Of a DNA stretch of 64,000 bases, positions 21,548 through 31,472 are shown piece after piece; the first letter of the stretch is position 1, and every line of letters begins with the position of its first letter. The notes under the pieces are model-generated. The model searched no databases. It was not told the DNA's origin and was given only the letters and a program-made list of their open reading frames with translations. Made by a program: the position numbers and the translations under genes. Source of the DNA: Flavobacterium sp. (GTDB lineage: Bacteria; Bacteroidota; Bacteroidia; Flavobacteriales; Flavobacteriaceae); NCBI GenBank assembly GCA_035286325.1, contig DATHKH010000046.1:5537-69536 (forward strand), in the 5' to 3' direction.

Positions 21548-23131
21548 ATGAACAGGTTATTTTTCCGACTTCTTGTATTGTTGATGAGCTTATCCTTAAT
21601 AGGGATCATCCTGGTGCAGGTTTATTGGTTTAATTCCTCTTTCAAAAACAATGACGAACAATTCAGGTTCCATGTCAAGCAGGTCATTGGCAATGTCGCC
21701 GGGAAGTTGCAAAAACAGGAAGTCTACAGTTTCATTGACAAATACCAGAAACTTCAGGACAGTATTGGCAAAGTCCCGCAAAAAAGTGATTTGCTCGAAT
21801 TTTATTATGTTCAGAAAAATTTGGCGACCAACGAATTCATCGTTTACTCCAACAGTATAATTGAAGAAGATTACAACATATCCAATTCGTTCTTTGATAA
21901 AAAACTTGATAGCGTAAAAAATAAAAGCTTTACCTCAAAAAGGACAACCGAAGTTTACAACAACAGCTCAATTGAAAATTCCAACCTGCAGCACAGCCTG
22001 ACGCCGGAAACCAAAATTGAGAGAAAAGGACAGCTCGACATCCTCAAACAAGCGCAGTTCGAAATCTTTTTTAAAGATGTAGCAGCTGCAATGCCAATCC
22101 AGGAACGGGTATCCAAAGAAAAGCTCCAAGAGCTTTTAACGACGGAGCTTGATGAATATGGCGTAAAAACGCCTTTTGAATTCGGGATTTACAACAATGG
22201 GCTGGCTACAAAAATCCACTCCGAAAAATTCCGGTTCGATAAGTATGCGACCTATTCCAATCCGGTTTTCACCGATAACGACGGGAAAAGCCGATACCAA
22301 TTGCTGGTGACTTTTCCGCAAAAGAAAAAATTCCTCTTTTCGGAGCTCGTCGGGATTACGGTATTGTCGATTGTATTTACGTTGATTATCATCATTGCGT
22401 ATTCGAGTGCGTTGAACCAACTGATCAAACAGCGCCAGATTTCGGAAATCAAAACCGATTTCATCAACAACATGACACACGAATTCAAGACGCCGATAGC
22501 GACCATCAACCTGGCTTTGGATGCGATAAAAAATCCAAAGATTATCGACGACCGCGAAAAGACCACGCGCTACCTGCAAATGATCAGGGATGAAAATAAA
22601 CGAATGCACGCACAAGTTGAAAATGTACTGCGGATTTCTAAATTAGAGAAGAAGGAGCTCGAAATAAGCAAAGAATCCAACGACATCCATGAAATCATCG
22701 AAGAAGCGATTGAGCATGTCAATTTGATTATTGAAGACAGGCAAGGGACGATTGAAACACATTTCAATGCCAAACGCACAACAGTATTGTTGAACGACGT
22801 CCATTTTACAAACGTTCTGGTAAATATCCTTGACAACGCGATCAAATATTCGCCCGAAAGACCGGTCATCGACGTATATACCGAAAACGTCAAAGATGTG
22901 GTCATTATCCGCATCAAAGACCAAGGCGCGGGAATGGGCAAAACGGCGCAGAAAAGGATTTTTGAAAAATTCTATCGCGAACACACCGGCGATTTGCACA
23001 ACGTGAAAGGTCACGGATTGGGATTGGCCTATGTAAAAAGAATTGTTGACGACCACAACGGTCAAATATTTGTAGAAAGTGAAAAAGGAAAGGGTAGCAC
23101 CTTTATAATAAAATTACCGTTAATAAATTAG
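21548..23131 (+). CDS. Two-component sensor histidine kinase (RprX-like)
   Basis: Two TM segments; THEFKTP H-box, NILDNAIKY, DQGAG, GHGLGL. Confidence 0.93.
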   Translation: MNRLFFRLLVLLMSLSLIGIILVQVYWFNSSFKNNDEQFRFHVKQVIGNVAGKLQKQEVYSFIDKYQKLQDSIGKVPQKSDLLEFYYVQKNLATNEFIVYSNSIIEEDYNISNSFFDKKLDSVKNKSFTSKRTTEVYNNSSIENSNLQHSLTPETKIERKGQLDILKQAQFEIFFKDVAAAMPIQERVSKEKLQELLTTELDEYGVKTPFEFGIYNNGLATKIHSEKFRFDKYATYSNPVFTDNDGKSRYQLLVTFPQKKKFLFSELVGITVLSIVFTLIIIIAYSSALNQLIKQRQISEIKTDFINNMTHEFKTPIATINLALDAIKNPKIIDDREKTTRYLQMIRDENKRMHAQVENVLRISKLEKKELEISKESNDIHEIIEEAIEHVNLIIEDRQGTIETHFNAKRTTVLLNDVHFTNVLVNILDNAIKYSPERPVIDVYTENVKDVVIIRIKDQGAGMGKTAQKRIFEKFYREHTGDLHNVKGHGLGLAYVKRIVDDHNGQIFVESEKGKGSTFIIKLPLIN

Positions 23132-23134
23132 ACT

Positions 23135-23854
23135 ATGGAAACAGAAAATAAAAAAATCCTTTTAGTAGAAGACGACCAAAATTTTGGCGCAATCCTAAAA
23201 GATTACCTGATGCTGAACGATTTTGATGTCACACTTGCAAAAAACGGAATGGAAGGTTTCGAAAAATTCAAGAAAGACACTTACGACCTCTGCATCCTTG
23301 ATGTCATGATGCCCTACAAAGACGGTTACACGTTGGCGAAGGAAATTCGTGAAAAGAACAAAGAAGTGCCAATCATTTTCCTGACGGCGAAGTCCATGAA
23401 GGAAGATGTGCTCAAAGGGTACAAAGTCGGCGCCGACGATTATCTCAACAAGCCTTTTGATTCAGAAGTGCTGCTGATGAAAATCAAGGCGATTATCCAG
23501 AGAAAATCTGCCGATACTAAAAACGACCACGTGAAATTTGAATTCCAGATCGGAAGATTCCACCTCAATTCAAAACTGAGATTCCTGACTTTCGACAACG
23601 AAGAGCCGATAAAATTGTCCCCAAAAGAGAATGAATTGCTGAAAATGCTGACGCTCCACGAAAATGACCTGATGCCACGAGAACTGGCGCTGACAAAAAT
23701 CTGGAGAGACGACAACTATTTCACATCAAGAAGTATGGACGTCTATATCGCCAAACTCAGGAAATACCTCAAACCCGACGAAGACGTTGAAATCCTAAAC
23801 ATCCACGGCGAAGGTTTCAGGCTTGTGGTGAAGAACAAAGAACAACAGAAATAA
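23135..23854 (+). CDS. OmpR-family response regulator (RprY-like)
   Basis: LLVEDD, LDVMMP, FLTAK, KPF; winged helix SRSMDVYIAKLRK. Confidence 0.95.
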   Translation: METENKKILLVEDDQNFGAILKDYLMLNDFDVTLAKNGMEGFEKFKKDTYDLCILDVMMPYKDGYTLAKEIREKNKEVPIIFLTAKSMKEDVLKGYKVGADDYLNKPFDSEVLLMKIKAIIQRKSADTKNDHVKFEFQIGRFHLNSKLRFLTFDNEEPIKLSPKENELLKMLTLHENDLMPRELALTKIWRDDNYFTSRSMDVYIAKLRKYLKPDEDVEILNIHGEGFRLVVKNKEQQK

Positions 23855-23858
23855 AAAT

Positions 23859-23889
23859 AAAAGCTCCGGATTTTTCCGGAGCTTTTTTT
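23859..23889 (+). terminator. Intrinsic (probably bidirectional) terminator
   Basis: AAAAGCTCCGGA-TTTT-TCCGGAGCTTTT between convergent genes. Confidence 0.85.
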
Positions 23890-23891
23890 AT

Positions 23892-23968
23892 GGGAGCTTT
23901 TTCCTGCTGTCCGCTATATCTTTCGCTCCGCTGCGCTTTGCAAAAGGATGCCGCTTCCATCAGGGCTA
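23892..23968 (+). repeat. REP-like palindrome family A, copy A2
   Basis: GGGAGCTTTTTCCTGCTGTCCGCTATATCTTT...AAAAGGATGCCGCTTCCATCAGGGCTA; overlaps the miaA stop codon. Confidence 0.85.
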
Positions 23969-24889
23969 GGGCTTTTCGTTCACAATCGAACTGATATATG
24001 CAATGATGTTTTTGTCATCATCAGCAAAATCAAACCATTCCACATTTTCATTTTTCTTAAACCACGTCAATTGCCTTTTTGCAAAACGCCGCGTATTTTT
24101 CTTGATTTCCGAAACCGCAAAATCCAAAGTGAATTCCCCGTCAAAATAACTGAACAACTCGCGATAACCTACAGTCTGCAGCGCATTCAGGTTTTTATTT
24201 GGATATAATTTTTCCGCTTCAGCGAGCAAGCCTTCAGTCATCATGATATCAACACGCAAATTAATACGGTCGTAAATGCTTTCCCTGTCGGTTTCCAATC
24301 CCATCAGAATAGGAGTAAAGCCGCGGGGATTTTGCTTGTTGTTCAAAAAAGAAGAATACGGTTTTCCAGAACCAATCGACACTTCCAAAGCGCGCATCAG
24401 CCGCTGCGGGTTTTCTTTGTCGACAATTCCAAAATATTTAGGATCGGCTTTCTGCAATTCGGTTTGCAGGTATTCGATTCCTGATTTCTCGTAGTTTTCA
24501 ATCAGCGTGGCACGGATTTCAGCATTTACTTCAGGAAATTCGTCAAAGCCTTTTAAAACGGCATCGACATACAACCCCGAACCGCCAACCATAACCGCAT
24601 AATCATTGGTTTCAAAAAGATGCTCGAGTTTTGCTATCGCTTCTTTTTCAAAATCGCCCACGGTATAAGAATCGAAAATCGATTTGTTGTGGATAAAATA
24701 GTGTTGTACAAATGCGAGTTCTTCTGCAGTCGGAACCGCAGTGCCAATAGTCATTTCCTTAAAAAACTGTCGTGAATCGCAGGAAATGACCTCACAATTG
24801 TAATGCTGCGCCATCCGGATTGCCAAAGCCGTTTTTCCGATGGCTGTCGGGCCAACAATAGTGATGAGGTATTTTTTTTTGGTAGCCAA
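23966..24889 (-). CDS. miaA: tRNA dimethylallyltransferase
   Basis: GPTAIGKT, DSRQ, VGGSGLY, TVGYRE, TRRFAKRQLTWF. Confidence 0.97.
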   Translation of the reverse strand: MATKKKYLITIVGPTAIGKTALAIRMAQHYNCEVISCDSRQFFKEMTIGTAVPTAEELAFVQHYFIHNKSIFDSYTVGDFEKEAIAKLEHLFETNDYAVMVGGSGLYVDAVLKGFDEFPEVNAEIRATLIENYEKSGIEYLQTELQKADPKYFGIVDKENPQRLMRALEVSIGSGKPYSSFLNNKQNPRGFTPILMGLETDRESIYDRINLRVDIMMTEGLLAEAEKLYPNKNLNALQTVGYRELFSYFDGEFTLDFAVSEIKKNTRRFAKRQLTWFKKNENVEWFDFADDDKNIIAYISSIVNEKP

Positions 24890-24892
24890 AAC

Positions 24893-26257
24893 CTAAAAGG
24901 ATACGATTTTAATTCCCTTGTTCTTTACCAAATAGGAAAGGACAGCGCTTTTTGCGTCGCGGCTGTGAGGCATTGGGATGATGATGTTTTTCAAAACTGC
25001 CGGGTTGTTTACTTGGTAGTTCAGGTCGAAAAAAGCATAGCCTTTGTACACACCATTTTCCATCAAGACGGCACTGCGTTCTGAAAGCGTCCGGCCTTTA
25101 TCAATGATGACCATTTTCTTTTCGTCAAGCGTATTCCTGTCTATAAACGACTGGACGCGTTCGTTGTATTCTTCAATAGGCGCTTCACCAATACAGGCGC
25201 CGTCGCATTTGTCTTCGGAATATTGCAGGCAATTTGTTTCTGAAGCATGCAAGCCATTCAGTTTTTGGCATAATTTATAATCGGAAGTAATTCTCGACAT
25301 CGCATTTTTGCCTTCCTGCAACGAAATGAAAGTCGCGATTTCTTTTTTGGTTTTGTCGAATTTTGCCAATTCCAGATTTAAATAACCACGGTCGTCGGCG
25401 ACAGTATATATTGCCCATTGGTGGGCTTTTTTGCGTTTAGGAATGCGGTTGTATGCAGGTCGGTTGACGAATATTTCTTCCTGCTCTTTTAATGTAGCAA
25501 TGAGTTCGCTTCCGGTTTCTTCAAAAGTCACTGCAAAAACTTCCGCCTGTATTTTCTTTGAAATTCTTGCCGTTCCCGTAAAATGCTGGTTGAGATGTTT
25601 CTTGATATTTTTGCTTTTCCCGATATAAATCAGGTTGCCGTCTTCCTTATGCACATAATAGATTCCGGTTTTTGAAGGCAGGCTTTCGACAATGTCAAGC
25701 AATTTCGGCTCAAGGCCTTTTTCAATTTCGGTTTTGATGAGTTCTTTGACGATGACCTTCTCGAGGTCTTTTGCCAACAGCATCTGGAAGAGTTTCACCG
25801 TTGCCAATGCGTCGCCGCCGGCCCGATGCCTATCTGCCATCGGAATGCCCAAAGCCCTGACCAATTTCCCCAGGCTGTATGAAGGTTGTTCGGGAATCAG
25901 TTTTTGCGCCAGCTCAACGGTACAAAGCGTATTGATCTGGAAGTCATACCCAAGTCGCCTGAATTCGGTGCGCAGGATTCTGTGGTCAAACGAAGCATTG
26001 TGCGCGACAAGCACACAATCATTGGTCATTTCTATGATGCGCTTGGCGACTTCAAAAAATTTTGGCGCCGATTTCAGCATCGCATTGCTGATGCCGGTCA
26101 GTTTGACGACAAAAGGCTGGATTGGGATTTCAGGATTGACAAGGCTGATGAACTGGTCAATCACTTCATGTCCGTCAAATTTATAGATGGCAATCTCGGT
26201 GATTCCTTCCTCATTAAATTGTCCTCCGGTCGTTTCTATATCGAGTATTGCGTACAA
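24893..26257 (-). CDS. DEDDh (DnaQ-like) exonuclease fused to a GIY-YIG/UvrC-like domain
   Basis: DIETTG, AHNASFD, HRAGGDA; GIYY...IYIGKSKNI; probable TTG start at 26257. Confidence 0.88.
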   Translation of the reverse strand: MYAILDIETTGGQFNEEGITEIAIYKFDGHEVIDQFISLVNPEIPIQPFVVKLTGISNAMLKSAPKFFEVAKRIIEMTNDCVLVAHNASFDHRILRTEFRRLGYDFQINTLCTVELAQKLIPEQPSYSLGKLVRALGIPMADRHRAGGDALATVKLFQMLLAKDLEKVIVKELIKTEIEKGLEPKLLDIVESLPSKTGIYYVHKEDGNLIYIGKSKNIKKHLNQHFTGTARISKKIQAEVFAVTFEETGSELIATLKEQEEIFVNRPAYNRIPKRKKAHQWAIYTVADDRGYLNLELAKFDKTKKEIATFISLQEGKNAMSRITSDYKLCQKLNGLHASETNCLQYSEDKCDGACIGEAPIEEYNERVQSFIDRNTLDEKKMVIIDKGRTLSERSAVLMENGVYKGYAFFDLNYQVNNPAVLKNIIIPMPHSRDAKSAVLSYLVKNKGIKIVSF

Positions 26258-26267
26258 ATCGTTTTTC

Positions 26268-26915
26268 TTAATTGTAATTTCTGTTGCCAAAGATACTGCT
26301 TCCAATGCGAACCATCGTGCTTCCGCATTCAATTGCGATTTGATAATCGCCGCTCATGCCCATGGATAGGATTGAAAATTCAGGGTTTTTATCAAAAAGG
26401 GCTTTCAAATGAGTGAACTCTTTCCTGACTTGGACCATGTTTTCGGTAAAAGTTGCCATTCCCATCAAGCCTTTGACTTTGATGTTTTCCAGTTTTTTAT
26501 AATCATCGGATTGCAATAAAACCGCAAGTTCTTTTTCATCAAACCCGAATTTTGTTTCTTCTTCTGCAATATAAACCTGCAGCAGGCAATCGATGATCCG
26601 GTTGTTTTTCTTTGCCTGCTTGTCGATTTCCTCGAGCAATTTCAGGCTGTCAACACCGTGGATTAAAGTCACGAATGGCGCCATGATTTTGACTTTGTTC
26701 GTCTGCACATGCCCAATCATATGCCATTGGATGTCTTTTGGCATCTCAGCAAATTTGGTTGCCATTTCCTGGATTTTGTTTTCCCCGAAAATACGCTGTC
26801 CGGCATCATAAGCTTCCATCAGTTCGGCAACCGGCTTGGTCTTGGAGACGGCCACCAATGTGACCGAAGAAGGTAAACCCGCTTTGATTTCCGATAAGTT
26901 GCTTTTGATTGACAT
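26268..26915 (-). CDS. yggS: PLP homeostasis protein, YggS family
   Basis: LVAVSKTKP, FGENKIQE, WHMIGHVQTNK, LSMGMSGD, RIGSSIFG. Confidence 0.95.
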   Translation of the reverse strand: MSIKSNLSEIKAGLPSSVTLVAVSKTKPVAELMEAYDAGQRIFGENKIQEMATKFAEMPKDIQWHMIGHVQTNKVKIMAPFVTLIHGVDSLKLLEEIDKQAKKNNRIIDCLLQVYIAEEETKFGFDEKELAVLLQSDDYKKLENIKVKGLMGMATFTENMVQVRKEFTHLKALFDKNPEFSILSMGMSGDYQIAIECGSTMVRIGSSIFGNRNYN

Positions 26916-26917
26916 TG

Positions 26918-27445
26918 CTATTTATGCTGCTTTTTGCACAAGGCGATAATGCTGTTGTCGACCTGCACAACCCATTTCCTGATGTTGTCGGTAAAAAGAA
27001 AACCGTCATTTTTGAGTGAATCCAATTTGGAAACATCAATGTCGTGGTCAATGGTTTTTTCTTCTTTGCCGTCTTTGATGATTTCAGTGACTTTTACAAA
27101 AAACAGTTTTTTTTCAGTGTAATAGAAACGGCCAAAGACTTCTTCGGAGCTTTTGTCGGCATAGCGGATATTCCGGTGGTAGTCGGCTTTTAACAATCGC
27201 GTGAATTTTCCCGTATCATAGCTGTAAAGCGCTACAGTTGATTGGCCTTCACCCTTGATGTATTTCTGTTTGCCCCCGGAAAAAATCTGTTTTTCAGAAT
27301 TGATTTGGCCTTCGGCAATACCGCTTCGGCCATTAATTTCGGCAATACTGTCGATTTGGCGGATGGAAAGATCAGATTTATATAAATCTTGTGCGCAAAC
27401 TACTTTTGCAGACAAAATCACCAGTAATAATATTAGTTTTTTCAT
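26918..27445 (-). CDS. Hypothetical secreted protein
   Basis: MKKLILLLVILSAKVVCA signal peptide; sits between co-oriented genes; no family recognised. Confidence 0.65.
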   Translation of the reverse strand: MKKLILLLVILSAKVVCAQDLYKSDLSIRQIDSIAEINGRSGIAEGQINSEKQIFSGGKQKYIKGEGQSTVALYSYDTGKFTRLLKADYHRNIRYADKSSEEVFGRFYYTEKKLFFVKVTEIIKDGKEEKTIDHDIDVSKLDSLKNDGFLFTDNIRKWVVQVDNSIIALCKKQHK

Positions 27446-27449
27446 ATAA

Positions 27450-28667
27450 TTATAATTCGTAAACCACAAGTCCGCTACGGAATTTGGGTTCAATATACGT
27501 ACTTTTCGGCGGCATGATCAGATGCGCATCCGCGATGGCCTTGATTTCAGAAATATCGGATGGAAACAGGACAAATCCCAATTCAAATTCACCTTCGTCA
27601 ATTTTAGCCTTAATCTCAATCACCGACTGCTTTCCGGGAATGTATTCAATCCGTTCATCATTGCGCAAATCTTCAATCCCAAGAATCGGCAACAGCACTT
27701 TGTCATATAAAATCTGCGCGTCAAGGCTGTCGAGTGCCGAGTTAAAGGTGCATTTTTCCTTTTTTAACGTCATTGCGTAAAATTCATTGTCAAGATACAT
27801 CCCGAATTCGTGTTTTTTATTCGGGTGAAACAACTGCTGGTTTTTGATTTCAATCAGGAAATACTCAGACAGTTTTTTGAGGAACTGTGCTTTTGCGAGC
27901 CCGTTTAAATCCTTGATCAAGCGATTGTACTCGTATATTTTGACGTTGCTGTCGGCAATCAGGAAGCTCATAAAATGGTTTTTGCTTTCACCAATTTCAG
28001 GACTTTCATCAAAAAGCATTTCTGCAGAAGCCGAACGGTGATGGCCGTCAGCGATATACAAGTTTCCTATTTCGGCAAAAGTCTGTTGCAGTTTTTTGAT
28101 TTCATTTTCATCGTCAATTTTCCACAGGTAATGAACGTCTTTCCTGGTCGTCGAAAATTCGAAATCAGCAATGTTTTTCGTTTTCTCGGAAATCCAGTTC
28201 TCCAAAGTTACGTTATCCGGATATGTCATCAAAACGGGTTCGGTGTTAAAACCGGCATATTTCATATAATCCTTAAACAATTCGACACGGTATTGCAAAG
28301 TGTCTTCATGTCTTTTGATGACATCATTTTTGTAATCTTCAATGCTGGTCGCCAGTATGATTCCGGTAAACGTATGGTCTTTGGCAACAATCTTATGGAC
28401 GTAAACCGCAGGCTTTTGGTCGCGTACTAAAATATGTTCATTCTTGAATTCCTCATATTTCTGGTGCACTTGCCGAAACCGTTTTTCAAAAGCGATTTTC
28501 TGCTGGTTCGTATAAGCGGGATTTAAGATGTGCAGGAACGACAACGGATTGAAATCCAACTGCGAAGCCAGCTCAGCCGCGGAATATTCATCGTAAGAGC
28601 GAGAAGTCACCAAACTGACTTTGTCACGCGTCGGACGAACCGCTTTGAAAGGAATTATTTTTGCCAT
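27450..28667 (-). CDS. DUF1015 family protein
   Basis: MAKIIPFKAVRP, YIADGHHR, MPPKSTYIEPK.RSGL. Confidence 0.92.
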   Translation of the reverse strand: MAKIIPFKAVRPTRDKVSLVTSRSYDEYSAAELASQLDFNPLSFLHILNPAYTNQQKIAFEKRFRQVHQKYEEFKNEHILVRDQKPAVYVHKIVAKDHTFTGIILATSIEDYKNDVIKRHEDTLQYRVELFKDYMKYAGFNTEPVLMTYPDNVTLENWISEKTKNIADFEFSTTRKDVHYLWKIDDENEIKKLQQTFAEIGNLYIADGHHRSASAEMLFDESPEIGESKNHFMSFLIADSNVKIYEYNRLIKDLNGLAKAQFLKKLSEYFLIEIKNQQLFHPNKKHEFGMYLDNEFYAMTLKKEKCTFNSALDSLDAQILYDKVLLPILGIEDLRNDERIEYIPGKQSVIEIKAKIDEGEFELGFVLFPSDISEIKAIADAHLIMPPKSTYIEPKFRSGLVVYEL

Positions 28668-28671
28668 CGAA

Positions 28672-29559
28672 TTAAGCGAATTGCCTCGCCACTTTTTCCG
28701 CTTTTTTGCTTTCAGAATAATCGTAAAAACCTTCACCAGATTTCACGCCCATTTTTCCGGCGCGAACCATGTTGACCAACAAAGGGCAAGGTGCGTATTT
28801 CGGATTTTTGAATCCGTCGTACATGACGTTTAAAATTGCAAGGCAAACGTCAAGCCCAATAAAATCCGCCAGTTGTAATGGCCCCATTGGATGTGCCATG
28901 CCGAGTTTCATGACCGTGTCGATTTCATAAACGCCGGCGACACCATTGTATAACGTCTCAATAGATTCATTGATCATCGGCATTAAAATCCTGTTGGCTA
29001 CAAATCCCGGGTAATCATTGACCTCAACAGGCACTTTTCCGAGTTTTTCAGAAAGCTGCATGATGGTTTTCGTAATTTCGGCTGAAGTGTTGTAACCTCG
29101 GATGATTTCGACGAGTTTCATAATCGGCACCGGATTCATAAAATGCATCCCGATCACGCGCTCCGGATGCGAAACGACTGCGCCAATTTGTGTAATGGAA
29201 ATCGATGACGTGTTTGTGGCTAGGATTGTATTGTGCGAGCATGCATCATTCAGCTGCCTGAAGATATTGAGCTTCAGTTCGACGTTTTCTGTCGCAGCTT
29301 CTATGACAAGGTCAACGCCAACGACGCCATCTTTGAGATCAGTATAAGTAATGATATTGCCGATTGTTTTGGCTTTATCGGCTTCGGTGATTGTGCCTTT
29401 TGTGACCATCCTGTCGAGGTTTCCGGCAATGGCCGCCATGCCTTTGTCGAGTGATTTTTCGGATACGTCAATCAGTTTTACGATAAATCCGCTTTGTGCG
29501 AATGTGTGTGCGATTCCATTGCCCATGGTTCCGGCTCCGATTACGGCTATATTTTTCAT
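28672..29559 (-). CDS. 3-hydroxybutyryl/3-hydroxyacyl-CoA dehydrogenase
   Basis: GAGTMGNG, EAATE, NTSS, GMHFMNP, PGFVANR, HPMGPL. Confidence 0.95.
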   Translation of the reverse strand: MKNIAVIGAGTMGNGIAHTFAQSGFIVKLIDVSEKSLDKGMAAIAGNLDRMVTKGTITEADKAKTIGNIITYTDLKDGVVGVDLVIEAATENVELKLNIFRQLNDACSHNTILATNTSSISITQIGAVVSHPERVIGMHFMNPVPIMKLVEIIRGYNTSAEITKTIMQLSEKLGKVPVEVNDYPGFVANRILMPMINESIETLYNGVAGVYEIDTVMKLGMAHPMGPLQLADFIGLDVCLAILNVMYDGFKNPKYAPCPLLVNMVRAGKMGVKSGEGFYDYSESKKAEKVARQFA

Positions 29560-29585
29560 TTTGGTATGTAAGTTTGTTTTTATTT

Positions 29586-29644
29586 AACTTCGTTCAGTTC
29601 GGCTTTGCTTCGCCTGTTCGCTATTGCTCGGGTTAGCCTCGGGT
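29586..29644 (-). mobile_element. Nested micro-insertion elements M3 (outer, 30 bp) and M4 (inner, 29605-29633)
   Basis: Minus strand ACCCGAGGCTA[ACCCGAGCAATAGCGAACAGGCGAAGCAA]AGCCGAACTGAACGAAGTT. Confidence 0.75.
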
Positions 29645-30604
29645 TTTAAAGCAGTCAATAATCCTGTAGGCAACGCGAAGTGCTTCTGTTCCTTGTTCCA
29701 ATGTTACGATTGGTTTGGTGTTGTTGGCAATGGCATCGGCGAAAGTCTCGAGTTCGTCCAGAATCGCATTGTTTTGTTCGACGTCGGGATTGGCGAAATA
29801 GATTTGCTTTTTCACGCCTTCGGCATTTTGCAGGATCATGTCGAAATCGCCCGGATTTTCAGGCGCGTCTTTCATTTTGACGACTTCACATTTCTTTTCC
29901 AGGAAGTCGACCGAAATGTAAGCGTCTTTTTGGAAGAAACGCGATTTACGCATATTTTTCAGGGAAATGCGGCTCGCAGTCAAGTTGGCGACACAGCCAT
30001 TTTCAAACTCAATCCTCGCATTCGCAATATCCGGCGTGTCAGAAATCACGGAAACGCCACTGGCATTAATGTTTTTCACCGGTGAATGCACAACGCTTAA
30101 AATCGCATCGATATCATGGATCATCAAATCCAAAACTACAGGAACATCGGTGCCGCGCGGGTTGAACTCGGCCAAACGGTGCGTTTCGATGAACATCGGA
30201 TTTTCAATCATGTCTTTGGTCGCGATGAAAGCGGGATTGAAACGCTCGACATGGCCGACTTGTCCTTTGACATTGTATTCGTTTGCGAGCGCGATGATTT
30301 CTTCGGCTTCTTCGACTGTATTTGAAATCGGTTTTTCGATAAAAACGTGCTTACCGGATTTGATGGCGACTTTCGCGCATTTGTAATGGGAAAGCGTTGG
30401 CGTGACGATATCAATGACGTCAACGGCATGGATTAAAGTCGCAATGGTATGGAAATTCTTATAACCGAACTCTTTGGAAATTTTTTCGGCATTTTCCTGA
30501 TTTTCATCATAGAAGCCAACGAGTTCATATTTTTCGGATTGCTGTAATAAACGGAGATGAATTTTTCCCAGATGGCCGGCACCTAAAACCCCAACTTTTA
30601 GCAT
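29633..30604 (-). CDS. Gfo/Idh/MocA family oxidoreductase
   Basis: GAGHLG, EKP, GHVERFNP, DLMIHDID; last codons (TRG*) lie inside the micro-element. Confidence 0.93.
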   Translation of the reverse strand: MLKVGVLGAGHLGKIHLRLLQQSEKYELVGFYDENQENAEKISKEFGYKNFHTIATLIHAVDVIDIVTPTLSHYKCAKVAIKSGKHVFIEKPISNTVEEAEEIIALANEYNVKGQVGHVERFNPAFIATKDMIENPMFIETHRLAEFNPRGTDVPVVLDLMIHDIDAILSVVHSPVKNINASGVSVISDTPDIANARIEFENGCVANLTASRISLKNMRKSRFFQKDAYISVDFLEKKCEVVKMKDAPENPGDFDMILQNAEGVKKQIYFANPDVEQNNAILDELETFADAIANNTKPIVTLEQGTEALRVAYRIIDCFKTRG

Positions 30605-30634
30605 GTGAATGTATTTTGAACAAAAATAGGAATT

Positions 30635-30669
30635 AATTGATAATGGTTAATTGATAATTGACAATTATT
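30635..30669. repeat. Degenerate 7-bp tandem repeat (AATTGAT)x5
   Basis: AATTGAT AATGGTT AATTGAT AATTGAC AATTATT. Confidence 0.6.
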
Positions 30670-30702
30670 TGGGCTTTGAAATAGGATTTTATACGATTGC
30701 CA

Positions 30703-30779
30703 TAGCCCTGATTGAAGTGGAAATCCTTTTGAGGCTTTTCGCCGAAAAAGATTGTAGCGGAAAGCAGGAAACAGCTCCC
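30703..30779 (-). repeat. REP-like palindrome family A, copy A3 (uninterrupted)
   Basis: Minus strand GGGAGCTGTTTCCTGCTTTCCGCTACAATCTTTTT...AAAAGGATTTCCACTTCAATCAGGGCTA. Confidence 0.85.
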
Positions 30780-30830
30780 GAAAATTCTAATTTCTTTCCT
30801 ATTTTTACAGCATCAATTCCTACTACAAAA

Positions 30831-31472
30831 GTGAAAGACACACAGAAACATCAAGGACTTCGCAATCAGCTGGTTGCCCTTTTGAAAGAAAAAGGCATCA
30901 CGGATGTCAACGTTTTGAATGCCATAAAAAAGATTCCAAGGCACTTGTTTTTAAATTCGGGTTTTGAGGATTATGCCTACCAGGACAAGGCTTTTCCGAT
31001 AGGCGCCGGGCAAACCATTTCGCAGCCTTATACGGTGGCTTTCCAGACGCAATTGCTCCAGGTCAAGAAGGACGATAAAATCCTTGAAATCGGGACCGGT
31101 TCGGGTTACCAGACCGCGGTTTTGTTTGCGATGGGCGCGAAAGTATACAGTGTGGAAAGGCAGAATGAACTGTTTAAGCAAACATCGGCACTGTTGCCAA
31201 AACTCGGCATCCGCCCAAAACATCTGTCCTTTGGCGACGGTTATAAAGGATTGCCGAACCATGCGCCTTTTGACAGTATTATTGTCACCGCCGGTGCACC
31301 GATTATCCCGAAAGCATTGATGGCACAATTGAAAATAGGCGGCAGGCTCGTGATCCCGCTTGGCGAAAACCACCAGATTATGACCATGCTGATCAGGAAA
31401 AATGAGACGCAGTTTGAGAAGCACGAATTCGGGGAATTTCGTTTCGTGCCTTTATTGGAGAATAAAAATTGA
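30831..31472 (+). CDS. pcm: Protein-L-isoaspartate O-methyltransferase
   Basis: PRHLF, GQTISQP, LEIGTGSGYQ, APFDSIIVTA; GTG start at 30831. Confidence 0.95.
   Translation: MKDTQKHQGLRNQLVALLKEKGITDVNVLNAIKKIPRHLFLNSGFEDYAYQDKAFPIGAGQTISQPYTVAFQTQLLQVKKDDKILEIGTGSGYQTAVLFAMGAKVYSVERQNELFKQTSALLPKLGIRPKHLSFGDGYKGLPNHAPFDSIIVTAGAPIIPKALMAQLKIGGRLVIPLGENHQIMTMLIRKNETQFEKHEFGEFRFVPLLENKN

Noticed and set aside
30651-30830. N-terminal extension of pcm in the ORF track
   Set aside because: It runs through a tandem repeat and REP A3; recognisable Pcm sequence starts at the GTG at 30831.
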